Assembly (NCBI GenBank): GCA_951406725.2
Contig: OX597818.1
Location: forward strand, 31,248,001-31,312,000
Length of the DNA: 64,000 bases
Source of the DNA: Octopus vulgaris
Taxonomy: Eukaryota
Direction: 5' to 3'
Part shown: positions 23,746 to 38,594 of the stretch, one piece after another
Numbering within the stretch: the stretch's first letter is position 1
How the letters are laid out: each line of letters begins with the position of its first letter
Made by a program: the position numbers and the translations under genes
Notes under the pieces: generated by a model
What the model was told of the DNA's origin: nothing
Database searches by the model: none
What the model saw: the letters and a program-made list of their open reading frames with translations, nothing else

Positions 23746-26700
23746 CTTCTTCAGGTAATTCGAATAGTTCTAAAGAATATGTAGATATTGTTTAGTTACG
23801 ATTGCCTTGTAAGATCGATAAGGAAGAAATCATTAAACTCATTTGATTTGCTGAGCTCCAATTCTATGTCCTGTCGAGGTCAACTTAATTTTCATCTTTT
23901 CAAGGGAAAATAAAAGCATAACAATTCAAGGCGCGGGAGATTGGCGAAATTGTAAAAATGTCAACCTGGATGCCTTGCAGAAATTTGTTCTGGCTTTTTG
24001 CGTTCAAATACAACTTGGTCGGTTGATTGAATCCAATTTAACAACACCACTTGGTTAATGGACCAAGTGCCATTAGAGGCGCAACAGAACCCACTGTTTC
24101 AAATACTCGGGGTAGGTCTCCGTTTTAAGGATTATCACATTCCTCCCCACAAGTATAAGAGGCCCTGCCTTCCCTCTTGACTAAAAAGGTAGCGTGGCAT
24201 GCTCATTTGACACCAGAGCAAGCACAAAGAAGAAAAAAAAGTAGAATATTATACCAACCTGAAGCATGAAATCCTCGAGTGTTGTAACAGAAGTTAGCAA
24301 GGTTTTATACTACCGACTATCATTGAAGCTTTGGGAGAAATAGTGTGAGAAAAATCTGAGAAGAAACCTTATAAATGCTTGGTCATATATTAGGAGTTAG
24401 TGTAGTGCAGCAATAGACTCAGTAATAATTATTCAGAAGTATGAACAAATGTGAGGAGCTGAAATTATTTTATTGAGAAGGTACAAAATTCTCCTCATCT
24501 GAGACGACGAGTTGTAATTTCGATAAATTGGGTACAGCATTGATTATGTGAGAAACAGAACATAATAATGATGACGATAGTGACGATTATGCTGACGTCT
24601 CTGCTGACGACGACGATGATGATAACGATGATTATAACGACGACAACGGCAATGATTATAATGATATTCTCAAATTATATTCACATACCTTTACACTTAC
24701 GAAATTTATACGTACAAACACGAATCAATATTCAATGATTTTACGCTTCCAATTTTATATCAGTATTTCTTCTTACACTTCACATCACTATTAATACTTA
24801 TACTGTGTATTACGTATACACGTAGCTTATTAAAATTTATATCCCATATATACTCGAGTATATACACTTGTGACTTGTAATGTTGAACGTTAAATGAAAG
24901 AAGCATATTAGGCAGTTCAGAGTATTTAATCACTTACTCGCTCTTGCTCTAAGTCATAAGTTAATGACTCGGAGTAGGCGTATAGTACAAAAGCACAAAA
25001 GAAGGAAAGATGATGATGATAGCAATAACAATGATGATAATGACGATAATAATGATGACGACGACGACGACGATGATGATGATAATGACGACAACGATGA
25101 CGGTGACGATGGTGATGACGATGATGACGACGACGACGCAAAATCAGTGCGTCTTCAAAACTACTTGTATAGAAACAGCTAAACACAGGCAAACATTGTG
25201 GGATATAAACACACTCACACACACACGTGTACACATACACAAATAGAAAATAAAATAAAGGATCGCCCGGCCCTTAATGAAATCAGTTGCGGGAAAACAG
25301 AAATATTCAAAAGAGACAAGAACTACAGAAATATAAAAAAGGAAAGAAATGAAGTATGTGGAGTCAACGAACGCCTGAAACAAGAGATCAACACAAATGT
25401 CAGTCGTTGTAAAATAAAAAGACAACGGTCCTGCTTTTTATACCCATCTCCTATCAAAATTATTTTTAAAGAACTATTTAAAAATAACTAAGAAACCAAA
25501 GCAGCCCCATCGGCTAGCAAAGCAGAAAGATTTTAAGGAAGAGCATGAACAACGAATAACAAGAAGGCTAGAAGTAGCTCATGCGTTTCAAAGAAAGTGA
25601 ACAATTGGAAAACAACGGGATGTGAGGGAGTTTTAAACCTCAGGTTAAAATATTTAACAAACGTACAGAATGGTTGTAAAAATATTGAATAATTACTTGA
25701 ATGGCTCACCGAGGGGTAAAACATCTTAATGTGCAAGAGTACAGAAACCATAAACCTTCAAACTAAATATTTATTATCTGGGCGTCTACAGTATACGAAG
25801 CTTTAACTGCAGTAGTATCGCAGAGAATACAAATTGAAACAATAAAATAAAATATAAAAAAATAATTCACTTCTATAAGAAGAGAAAGACTCGTAAGAAT
25901 TAATGAAGCCATAATCGAAAATTCGAGAAGAATGAACGGTCTGAAGCTGGCACAGGTTTTTGAGTGTAACTCAGTCGCAAATTCTGGAGAGATCAACTAT
26001 TAATGTAACAGTTCTAACGAAACATGCCATGAATAAGTACCGAAGATTTCTGTAGATATAAATAAAAATGGGATATATATTATATTAATATAAATGGGAT
26101 AGTATTAGAAAAAGAAAATTTCCAAGATGACTCCAGCTTTTACTTTCCTTATCCGCTCAGGAGTGACCACTTTAAGTAACATATTAACCCTGATTGAATT
26201 TGGTTAGAAATAATATGAGAGAACAAGATGCCATTTTATGTGTATAGATGATGTTTAGTTTTAGATTTCACAATACAAATAACTGGAAATATTGTTAAAG
26301 ACTGTTTATGATTGAAATAGAACTGACATAAAATATGGTTCTATAAAGTGAAGCAAGGCAATTTTGAGGAAACGAAAATTAAAAGAAACAACGCTAATAT
26401 TATGTTAAATAAAGAAAGTGTTAAGATAACTAGTCAAAGACAAATACATATAAAATCTAAAGAATTTTGTAAGTAAACCGAAAAATGAAAGAAAAGATTT
26501 GCGAAGAGTGTTATAACTGCACTCTCTGTATGATGATTCGCATGAGGTGGAGGTTGTCGTGGTCCGGATTTTCTGACCATATTACCGTCGGCAAGAGCCA
26601 AAATATTTGTTAGTACATAAGTATAAATCTTAAATCCTGCGTCATTTTGCTTTCGGATATATCAGGGTTTGGTAACCGCATACAAAAATTCAGTTGCAGC

Positions 26701-27822
26701 CCAATAAGCTGAAAATAGCAACCGTAAACTACACCCGTAAATAAATCAAAGAAATATAGCCTTAGATATACGTTATATCGGGCAATATAGTTCCTGGCAT
26801 ACAAACGACAAAGTTGTTATAATTGGAAAGCCTTTTACAACAGTTTTTAATTATACTAGATCAAGGTCTACACAACAGCACCAGCGTTTACTTCAAACCT
26901 ACGACGGAAAGATTGCACCGGCGTTCTATTTGATACATAACCATATATTACTCAAATCACAAATTCCTTATCTGAAATTGGAAAAGTGTACTTTTAGGTC
27001 AACGACAGTGAGTAGTTTCTTTTTATATTTAGTCAACGATTAGTAGATAAACTGTCAAATAATCATTTAATTTCTTGCCCTTTCCCTTCTCCACGAGCTA
27101 TTCCAAAAGACCGCCGATCAGCTATTGCACCCGTCGCATGAGTGAAATAGTTTATTGATTAACCTTTTAATAAATGAAAAATTGTCTGTCGATAATAGCA
27201 AAGTGCCCAAGAATGAATATATTAGAAAATGTAGATCCATATATACAAGCGCACGACACATGCATTTATACATACATACATAAATACATACATACATACA
27301 TACATACATACATACATACATACATACATACATACATACATACATCCATACATACATATGCGTGCGTGTGTGCATTTACTCTCTCTCTCTCTCACACACA
27401 CACATGATGTAAATCTTCATAATAAGCACGAATAGAAACTCACCCGGATGACGAGAATGCGACAGTTTCCCATATCCATCCCAGTATTTGAGTGGTATTT
27501 AAATATATCAATCCCCGGAGAGAGGAAAGGCAAATTTCATCGCAACGGGATTTGAACTTAGAATGTCAGAACAAATACTGCTAGACATTTGTCCGGCGTT
27601 GTAACGAATATGCTGGTTTGAGCAGTTAAGAGGGAAGCCACAATTTCTTTTTCACATACTTTTGGCAAATTAGCAAAAAAAATTTTTGAGATCATAAATT
27701 TGTATTTGAAGTGAGATTTCTTTTTACGAAGTGAATATATTGTTAAAATTAATTATGAAAACCAGGTTTTGTAATAAAACAAAAACTTTCACAGGTTCGG
27801 ATTAAAAATAAGAAAAAGTTAG

Positions 27823-27889
<67 letters not shown>

Positions 27890-28478
27890 GGAATGTCGGA
27901 AAGGAAAAAGTAAAATGAGAAAAATAAGAGAAAAATAAACACGAACAGAAATAAATGGAAGAAAAAAAAATGTCTGAGTAGACGATGTAATTGAACAAAG
28001 CAGCACTGAATATGAAGATCGGAAATGCCATTTTAAAAATGTTGAACCAACATTCAACGATATGGATTGCGAATCAGTTATTTCCCCTCTCCTTAATACG
28101 TATCGTCTGCTTCAGTCATTATCTTCAATTTGTGCCGGTTGACATTTCGCCCTTAGGACAGCATTTTTCAATTCGAGAAGAATTAGCAAGAATCGCACTA
28201 GCGACTTCTTTTTGCAAATGAATTATATGAGTTTATCCGACCAGCACTTGAAAAATGTCTGTCGGTAACAGTTTCTATAGAGAAAGGACAACATTAGACC
28301 ATAGTTCATTGTTGGCTTTTATTGTGAATGATTCATCTCAAATTTATCAACGGATCCATTTTGTTGCAATTGATGTTAGAAATGGCGTTGGCCAAAAATA
28401 CTGCGTGCCCAATATACACATGCGCACGCACAAGGCATACACACACACATGCGCGCACAGACACAAATGTACGTATGT

Positions 28479-28532
<54 letters not shown>

Positions 28533-29469
28533 GTACATGTGTGTGTGTATGAGTGTGCGCGCGCATGTACACGTGTGCAAATGACAGGAATAGTCTTTGA
28601 CGGGCTTGTGGAGTGATGTGAATGTTAGTGGTCATATTCAGAGCGTGTACAGTATTAAAGTTGATAGTTGTGGTGGCGGTGGTGATGGTAGAGGTCGCGG
28701 CTATTGTCGTTTACATTTCGAAATCGTATCAGCGGTAGGGGGTTGACAAATGGAGTTCATAGTTGTGTAAGTGTAAATGGAGTTCATAGTTGCGTTGAGG
28801 CAAACATAGTATAACGTTGGTAGATATGGCGCTGCCGTTGATTTTGCTGTAGTAGTAGTTGGTGGTTGTTGGTGGTGGCGGTGTTGGTGGTAATGTTGTT
28901 GGTGCTAATGGCTATGGTGGTGTTGGTGGTGGTGGTGGTGGTGGTGGTGAGCTAGCAGTAGCTCCGATATTTATTGTTGGTGTTAATGTTAATGGCAATA
29001 ATTATTCTTTACACCGGAACAATGTAAGAAGTTTGGAGTAATTTCGAAATAAGTGGATTAGCTCAACTGAATCAGCTACTGTATAAATCTTGTATTTATT
29101 TGAGAGAGAGAGAGAGAGAGAGGGGGAGAGAAAAGAGAGAGAGAGGGAGAGAAAGAGAGAGAGAGAGAGGAAGGAAAATCTGTTGTAAGTTGTCTGCACT
29201 CCCACTGACCTTTTAGTGATGTTAAGAATAAATTCTTTAGACAAGGGGACACAAAAGCTTGATATTGCAGGGGTAGATGTGTTGCCAATTCAATTGAAAT
29301 TCCTGTCCTACTGGTACATATTTTATGGATCATGGAGATATAGAACGGAAAGTAACTGCCGGCTAGGTTTCAATACAGAACGTAAACATATATGTATTAC
29401 ACACACACATACGTACTCGCGCGCGCACATGGATATTCTATTTCTTATTATTTGAAGTCTACTTGTAAG

Positions 29470-30610
29470 GTTTCTAATAAAGATAGCTAAAAAGCTCCAT
29501 CATTGGAATCTAGATTAAAAACTGTTACACCTTGAGCTTCAGAAGAGCCAAGCATGTCTTTACTGCTTCGCTTACAGATTCTAATTGTCATGAGCGTGTT
29601 AGCTGGATGATTTCTTCCAATGAAGATCTTAGCATTTCCATATTGTTACTTAACCATTTACTATTCAAACCAAGAGCACCAATAGGCGCAGGAGTGGCTG
29701 TGTGTTAAGTAGCTTGCTTACCAACCACATGGTTCCGGGTTCAGTCCCACTGCGTGGCACCTTGGGCGTGTGTCTTCTACTATAGCCTCGGACTGACCAA
29801 AGCCTTGTGAGTGGATTTGGTTGACGGAAACTGAAAGAAACTCCTCGTATGTATGTATATGTATATATATGCATGTATGTGTGCGTGTGTTTGTGTGTCT
29901 GTGTTTGTCCCCCCCCCAACATCGCTTGACAACCGATACAGGTGTGTTTACGTCCCCATAACTTAGCGGTTCGGCAAAAGAGACCGATAGAATAAGTACT
30001 AGGCTTACAAAGAATAAGTCCTGGGGTCGATTTGCTCGTCTAGAGGCGGTGCTCCAGCATGGCCGCAGTCAAATGACTGAAACAGGTGAAAGAGTAAATT
30101 ATTATTAATATAAATATGAATTTACAATCAGAGTACAGAAGCTGGAGATTCAGAAGCAGTTGTAAGCACTTGTTCTCTTTCTCTTTGATTTTCGAAGATA
30201 TATTCACACCAGCAGGGTGGCTGGCCTCTATGACGGTACATACTTTTTCTAGTCGTCTCAAATAACTATATCTGGCCTGTTATCTTTGCAGTTGGTAGAA
30301 ACTTTTAAAGGAGAATGTTCGAATATTTCTTGTTTTGATGTTTATGTATGTATATTCAAAAGCAGGTGAATTCTCTCTAAATTTATCTCAGGATAAATGT
30401 ATTTTTTTGAGATGGCATTACATATAGTTTCAGCGACAGTGTCATGTCGCATTAGGCAGCATCTACAATATGGTACCATCAACATCAGGCGTGTAGTTGT
30501 AGAGGGTCGTAAAAAAATGACTTTTTGAACGTTATCTTCTGCAATTATGTCGACTCCTCCATCCTAAATCAGCAACTAGTTTATTTCTTCTGTTTAGAAA
30601 TAAACGAAAA
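29470..30610 (-). mobile_element. Dong/R4 retrotransposon 3' part (restriction-like endonuclease domain), interrupted by a SINE
   Basis: MRHDTVAETICNAI...NRPDIVI*D...EKVCTVIEASHPAGVNISSKIKEKENK...CKFIFI, then past the SINE IGALG...VKTCLALLKLKV*. Confidence 0.85.
29683..30097 (+). mobile_element. Family-A SINE, full length
   Basis: aggcgcaggagtggctgtgtgttaagtagcttgc...caaatgactgaaacaggtgaaagagta. Confidence 0.93.
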
Positions 30611-31456
30611 CACCTTTTACGTACCAGCTTAGTGTTATTTAGACCACATTACAAAATATATCTGACATCACAGGGAATTTCGCTTTCACGATCGCAACTG
30701 ATATTGATAATAACAATACCAACACCGCAAACAACACAAGCAGTATTACAACAACTGTGAGTTATTTAACACGACGTAAATCTCCTACTCACTTCATTTG
30801 GTCTTTAAATTTAAATCAGGATCTACTTCGGTACTTTGAAAAACCTCGAACTAGCTAAAATAATACTGGGACGAAGCTCATCTAAACTAAAACTACTTTT
30901 ACAGCTTAACAGTTTCGACAGCAAGCATCTTCCTTTGTAAAAAAAAAATTCTCTTCGTAATTGTCATTCCAGCTCTCGTGATGGTAATCAATCTTCTCAA
31001 AACACTGAGTACCAATCAAAATCTGCCGTTGGCGAGATCTAATAAATAGTGCATTCAAATCGCTACTGCCATCTCTAAACTCTCATATATCTGCACTGGT
31101 TCGACAGAGACAACTGTGGAATATAATGAACTTAAGAACAATTTGAAATCACAGTTCCTTAAGAAGAATTTTCCAGTTTTTCTAAGCTGTCATTGAGCGA
31201 CAGGCCATTCTTAATTAGATTAAAGAAAAAAACCAACTGTTTTCATGTTATAAGTTATTGATATCGCTGCACGAGAACACATGGATATATGTGATTGTAA
31301 CTACCGGGCAACTAATATTTTTCTATGTACTACAGTTATTACTATTAAAAAAAAAACATCTGGAAGAACCCTGCAGTGCATGCGAAAATGAAATTAGTAA
31401 ATGGAAACGACCTGTTTATTGAGTCTTTTCCACCAAGTTGGCAGAAAACTATAGGA

Positions 31457-31760
31457 CAGATGGACAACAAAAGTGGAAGAAAGAAACGAACAATCTGCAA
31501 TGTCATATTGAATGGTTAACCAAGATAATAAAATGTAAGGAAAATAATGAGTTGAAATCTCACCAATTACATCTTATGCAATATAACAAAACTTTACAGC
31601 AATTCTTCCCGCGAAGATCTTGAGGGAAAATTAATTACTTTAAAGCACAAACTCGGGATGCTGAGTGAAAAACTTCGCTATCGTAGAAAATAACCGAGTG
31701 AATCAGTATTAATCCTACATTGGTTTCCAATCCAGATGCATTATACCTAGAAAAGCATTA
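31457..31760 (+). mobile_element. Decayed Dong/R4 ORF fragment upstream of the RT domain
   Basis: KLITLKHKLGMLSEKLRYRRK...INPTLVSNPDALY resembles LKQKLxAxxxRLRRY...QNxxFxxNxKxFY. Confidence 0.5.
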
Positions 31761-33109
31761 CCGTTAAGAAAACTCCTTCGTGGGAAGATCTTTAATCATT
31801 CTAGTCTAAGATCTAGAACGAATGGAAAGATTTCAACCAGAATGCTTCGTAGCTAAGTACAGTTGGTATCAGCAACAACTGTGAGACATACACAAGTGAC
31901 CCTGGAACTTTTACCATAGCCGTAAGTAAATATAACAGGAAGATACAGAGAAGAGACCTCATAATTAGATACTGGTATAAGAATCTAGCTTTCAATATGA
32001 ATTTTCAAAAAAAAAAAAACTATAGGAGACCAGATTGATATACCAAGTTGGCTTGGTAGATCAAAATCGATTCGTGTAACTATGACAAAAACCACCAAGT
32101 TGGCAGAAAACTATAGGCATATTGCTTTCCACTTATGTACATTCTTTATACTAGCTGTTCTAACTGATTCAGAGACATTGTATATAAATGTTTACAGTCG
32201 TCTCTCTCTCTCGCACTCTCTCTGTCTCTCTCTTCAATTTCTATGATGGTATTGTCTAGTTTAACAGAAAGTCGACTGCTATTTCTAACAGGTCAAGTGA
32301 TTGCACCAAGGAGACTATTGACTAAATTTATTTGTGTCATTGTTGTTATGTCTCAGGTTAAGTTCCTATGAAAGAAACCTATGATCAAAGGCATTCCAAC
32401 TGTGATCACTACAGGTTTTCGTGAGTGCATGGAACTCAGGAGGATCATTTGCAATGCGACTATTTTTAAGGCAATAAAATAAAATTTCAGAGTGATTTCG
32501 CTGCTATTTCTTGTATATCAAGCGGCTGCGTAGAGGCTCGTAGGTCTCCCATTGGCTCAAGTAATTAATGTAAGCATGTTGATGGTAATGTAATTGTTAG
32601 TGGCAGTTAAAGTGTAAAATCGTTGACTGTCGTGTCAGTAATGCTGCTGATATTTCTAGAGGTGGCAGTGAGCTGGCAGAAACGTTAGCACGCCGGGCGA
32701 AATGCTTAGCGGTATTTCCCGTTTTAAAAAATGTCGGATTATGAAAAAAGAATAATAATCGACCAAGAGTAACGTTCTGTTGACTCAGACCAAGAGTAGC
32801 GTTCTGTTGTAACCCCGAAAATATAAGCTGTCGAAGGTGAAATGAATTTCCTGCTAAAGAGAAATATGATTTCCTCTTGTTGCTACGACGACAGCAGCAA
32901 GTGCAAAAGTACCAGCAGCAACAATAATGACGACGACGACGGCTCTAGCAGCAACAACAATGTGAACAGCAGCAGCAGTTTTTCTAGAAAAACCATTCCC
33001 TACTCCCCGCTCGATCAGAAAGAAGACTGTATCAACAGTCATCTCTGAAGACCACGGTACGTAATTCCATTTTCTTTCCTCTAAGTTAAATGGCTACACT
33101 TAGAGTTGG

Positions 33110-33635
33110 CTGTGTTCCGTCTACCATATTCCACTCACAAGACTTTGGTCGGCCCGAGACTATAACAGAAGACACTTGCCCAAGGTGCCACACAGTGGGA
33201 CTGAACCCAGAACCATGTGGTTGGTAAGCAAGCTTCTTACCACACAGCCACGCCTGCGGGCGTTGCTATATTTTCCCTCGGTAGTATATTGGTTTCGATT
33301 CCTCGCCGGTGAGGGGATAAATTTTCACTGGCTGTATCCGAACATGGCCACAGCCTTTGGGCTGAAAAATGTAAAAGAATAAAAGAATAAGTATGTGTGT
33401 GTCTGTGAGCGCGCGCACGCATGCATTTGTGTTCGTCCCTCACCACCGCTTGGCAACCGGTGTTGGTGTGCTTACGTCCCCGTAACTTAGCGGTCCGTCG
33501 AAAGAAACTGATAAAATAAGTACCAGGCTTAACAAAACATAAAAAAAGTACTGGAGTCGATTCGTTGGATTAAAATCCTTCAAAGCTGTGCATCAGTATG
33601 ACCGCAGTCTAATGATTGAAACAAGTAAAATATAA
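33110..33635. mobile_element. Two family-A SINE fragments (head on minus 33110-33258, tail on plus 33387-33635)
   Basis: Sequence match to the full copies. Confidence 0.85.
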
Positions 33636-33638
33636 AAG

Positions 33639-33675
<37 letters not shown>

Positions 33676-33679
<4 letters not shown>

Positions 33680-33770
33680 ATGGACTGGCGTCCCGTCCAG
33701 CTGGGGAACACATACGCCATAGAAACCGGGAAACCGGGCCCATGAGCCTGGCTAGGCTTTGAAAGGGCGC

Positions 33771-33775
<5 letters not shown>
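33676..33775 (+). mobile_element. Family-C SINE 3' tail fragment
   Basis: tgcgatggactggcgtcccgtccag...gaaagggcgcat matches the reverse complement of 1901-1998. Confidence 0.85.
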
Positions 33776-33827
<52 letters not shown>

Positions 33828-33828
33828 G

Positions 33829-33896
<68 letters not shown>

Positions 33897-34673
33897 GCGC
33901 GGTAATGTGTGTGTGTATACCTGCATGCATATAGTATTGTAGGCATATCAGCATGTAAGCATCTAAATATATCTCTGTAAGCATGAATGTATGTGCACAC
34001 ATGTATATAAATAAATAAGCACATATGCGTGCATGTATTATATATTTATATTTATTACTAGCAACAACAGATATAATTTCTGAAAACCCGGAATTGCACA
34101 CAGACAATGTAATCATTTAATATACAGATTAATATCTGTACGGTTATTTTCTTAGTGGTAAGAAAAAAAAATTTATCTTAAAAAAATCCTCTGTAACATA
34201 AATAGAAGTTGAAAGCTAGAATCGGTTGAATCAAAATGTTGTTATCGTAGTAATGTTGTGAAACATTTGCTGGTATATCATAAATTAGCATCTGATAAAA
34301 TCGACTTCCAAGTTCAGCATTTTTTTACTAAAATCTCTGTCTGAAGTTTTCTTATTTTCTTTTTAAATTTTGTGTATATTTTCACATCGATTTTGTCTTT
34401 AGCCCGCGGAAAAAAATTTGATCGTGAACATTTCCCTTCATTATTTTGATGGACAAATAGAGATTAGGGCCTTAGAAAATATAAAACACAATCTGGATTT
34501 GTTGCTATTTATATATGCAGCTTTCGAAATTGGATTTTAGATTTGTTTTTTTGAACGAAAAATTATACTTGTATAACAAATGTGTTAGTCACATTTTATA
34601 AAAGAGGTTGGTATGAAGAGTGTGAAAGTATGTAAAACAAATGTGAATCACAGTGTGTGTGTGTGTGTGTGTG

Positions 34674-34708
<35 letters not shown>

Positions 34709-34757
34709 AATAATATATATATATATGCATATATACATACGCATATGTACATACATA

Positions 34758-34854
<97 letters not shown>

Positions 34855-34904
34855 ATACGTATATATATATATATATACATATACATACGTATATATATAA
34901 GCAT

Positions 34905-35160
34905 ATGTGGGTACAGGACGTCATGAAATGTGTACAACAAAAAATACGAAGTACGACTACATGGAACATGAACTGTTCTTTCGAACAACGAAAGACACAA
35001 ATGGAAAACAAAACAAACAACATAAAGAACGACCCTTCATTAGTTGTTGGCTGTTATTCTAGTCTCGTATTTCGAGCATTTAACAACAATATACGCTTTC
35101 AATAAAACAGTTGCTACCGCAAAGCAAATTAAATAAAATTTGGGATTTTGCGGAGGACAG
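34905..35160 (-). mobile_element. Probable PLE pLTR-like repeat with a decayed hammerhead-like motif
   Basis: Minus strand ctgttttattga-aagcgt...atgctc-GAAA...gaataacag next to (TA)n; the core is not canonical. Confidence 0.35.
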
Positions 35161-35437
35161 TGAAAGCAAACAGGAAGGGCTGCCAAGCCTAAACGTGGTT
35201 GTGGTGGCCGAACTGCTCACTCATTCAATCAAGTTATAAGTGGTTGAGTATACCCCAGACACATGTACCTTAAAGTAATCTCAATTATGAAATACTATGA
35301 GTCAAGCCTGAACTTCAGCGGGCCGAGTCTAGGCTATGGCAAAGGTACTTTCCAAATGTGTCATATTTGTGAGATCGAACCTAGGAACTCACCATCGTAA
35401 AGTGAACTTCGTAGCATATTTTGATCATTTATATATT

Positions 35438-35730
35438 TTACTTGCTTCAATATTTGCATTGCAGTCATGCTGGAGCACTGCTTTGAAGAGTATATTCGAA
35501 CAGATTAACTCCATTCCTTAGTTGTTAAGTCTGATATTTATTTTGTCGGTCTCTTTTACCGAATCGCTAATTTACGGGGACGTGTTGGCGGGATAAAGAC
35601 ACATACCCATATACGATGAGTTTCCACGTAGTTTCCGCCTACCATTTTCACTCACAAGACATCGGTCAGCGCTGGGACTGTACCCGAAACTGCGTGGTTA
35701 CAAAGTGAGTTTCTTAACTACACAACCATC
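35438..35730 (-). mobile_element. Old family-A SINE
   Basis: catgctggagcactg...gtcggtctcttttaccgaatcgctaatttacggggacgt...cactcacaag. Confidence 0.7.
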
Positions 35731-36335
35731 CCTTTCTTGTATACTTGTCATCAGACAAATATACAAGATAACCTTAAATCAGATATTTTAAAAATGACTA
35801 ACAGAAAAGTAATATTTGTAAGCATATTTCTATCTCAAGTTAAGCCATTTATATACAAAAAGTATCAGAAATTTTCCTTACGTTTGATAACGTACGATTT
35901 TTAGATTGGAAATAGCGTAATACAAATATAAACAGCAGACATTAAGAATATTAAAAAACAAGACAAAACAAAGAAGCCAGCCACTACAAGTAATAATAGT
36001 GTCTTATATACAAGTGGGATGATGTCAGTATTTCTAATAGAAATATTCATTCCCATCACTCAGGAATATTTGACATTTTGTACAATGTAACTTTATATAT
36101 ATATCTATTGTAACAGAATTATGTAATAATCTTTATCAGTTCTCTGATATCATCTGCATTTCTTCTACATTACGAATGAATTAGCAAATTTGTGTTTATT
36201 CAGCTTATTTCCTTTTGGAGAAATTAATTCAAATGCAAATTCTGATATTACAAAAAAGAATACAAGAGGCAAGAACAACTGCTAATGCATTAGCAACAGC
36301 ACACAGACATGCGCACACAGGCACACGAACACACA

Positions 36336-36374
<39 letters not shown>

Positions 36375-36446
36375 ACACACACACATGATTATATGGAAAA
36401 ACTGCTCAGAAAAATCGTAAAGCAGTAAAACAGAAACGTAATATAA

Positions 36447-36515
<69 letters not shown>

Positions 36516-36953
36516 CGTACATATACATATATACTCCATATCTATATATCTATCTATCAATATTCATTTATACATATAAGTGTATGTGGATATGTGTATG
36601 CATAAATATATATCTACACATATATACAAACATACATATATACATACACAAACGCTCACACGTACACGTACACTCACACACGCATACGCATAAATGCATT
36701 TAAAGGCATATATTTATATGTATATACACTTATACAAACATACATACAGAGACGCACACGCGCGCACACACGCACGCACACACACTCACATGCTCACGCG
36801 CACGAGCACACACACACACAAATGAATACACATATACACATATATATGTATGTATATACGTGTGTGTGTGTATATTCAACATCAATAATACCAAGCAGCA
36901 CCAAACTGAACAATACACTTGGAATGGAAAACAATAAAGCACTAAGAACAAAA

Positions 36954-36996
<43 letters not shown>

Positions 36997-37818
36997 ATAC
37001 AAGCACATTAATGCAATAGAGCTTCCTTACATGATAATAGCCATAACAGTGAGGAAACAAAATAGAACTTAGCAAAGACACTCTAAAACAACAATAACAC
37101 CACCACCAACAACAACAACAGCAACAACACTACTATAAAAACTACTACTACTACTGTTACGACTAAAACAACAACAAACACCCTTTACAAAATAACATTA
37201 ACTGCAAAAAATCACTTAATACAAGTATAATAATCAGACTTAAAGAATATTTTCTAAAAAAAAGTGAGCACCAAACAAAGACAAATAATAATAAATACAA
37301 CGAATAAAATAAAAAAAATAAAAATATTATAAAAAGTATTTTCAGACAAGATACACATACAATTTTTTTTCCGAAATAACAAGAAACTTTCTGAGAAATA
37401 TCAAAATAAAATTAAAGAAAATCGCAGACGATAGAATGGTCTGAACAAAGGAGAATTCATTGAAAAACTACATCAACAATAACAATAAGAGGAAAGGAAA
37501 AAAACAAAACAAACAAAAAAACAAAACAAAAAAAAGAAACAGTCAAACAATGAAGTAAAGTTCCATACTAATGGAAAAAGCAATGGTTGAGGAGCGGATA
37601 TTTTAGCTCTTGGTTCCACACTAGCTCATCCATCAACTTAACGAAGCTAACATCTCTATGTTACTTAAACCAGAATAACGGACAAGGCAAATTTATCAAT
37701 ATCGCTTTACAACTTCTCATATTAAACGGTAATAATTACATACATAACCACATATATAGTAATCTCTCTCTGCTTTTCTTTCTTTCTCTCTTTATGTGTA
37801 TTATACATACATACACAA

Positions 37819-37851
<33 letters not shown>

Positions 37852-38142
37852 TATATATTAATATATACGTATGTATGTATGGATATATATATATATATAT
37901 AATAGTGGTGTATGTATACTTGGATAGATGTATCATGTATACATATTTTTGCAAGCATACTTGGATATATATGTGTGTGCATAAAAATATTATACTATAC
38001 AATTCCATGCTATACAATTATAGACATAATAAGCTTATACATTTTAAATATATATATGTGTGGGTGTGTGGGTGTGCGCGCGCACGTGTGTGTTGTGTGT
38101 GTATGCGTGAGTAACTATACATACCCAATACGTATTTAAATG

Positions 38143-38198
<56 letters not shown>

Positions 38199-38530
38199 CC
38201 AGAATGGCCGTAGCTCTCGATCTAAAACTAGTTAAATAGTTATATACATATATAAACATGCAATTATGGGGAGGGGAAGAGAGAAGTAGACACATACGTA
38301 TATGCGTATATATTTACATACATAGCTACATACATACATACATACACACACACATACATATATATATATACATATGCATTAAAATGTTCTTGTTGCAGAG
38401 AGTTATGTATCTAAATTGAATTTCTGTCTCGACTCGAGTTTCACGACAACGCGATCTTCAGTTTTTAGCTGAAGATCGCGATCTTCATATCTTGACTTTT
38501 GAGAAACTGGAGTAGCGAAGAAAAAGTTTC

Positions 38531-38594
<64 letters not shown>

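Noticed and set aside
32842-33048. 68-aa S/N/D-rich ORF as an exon
   Set aside because: It is decayed trinucleotide sequence, and the frame stops before the nearby GT donor.
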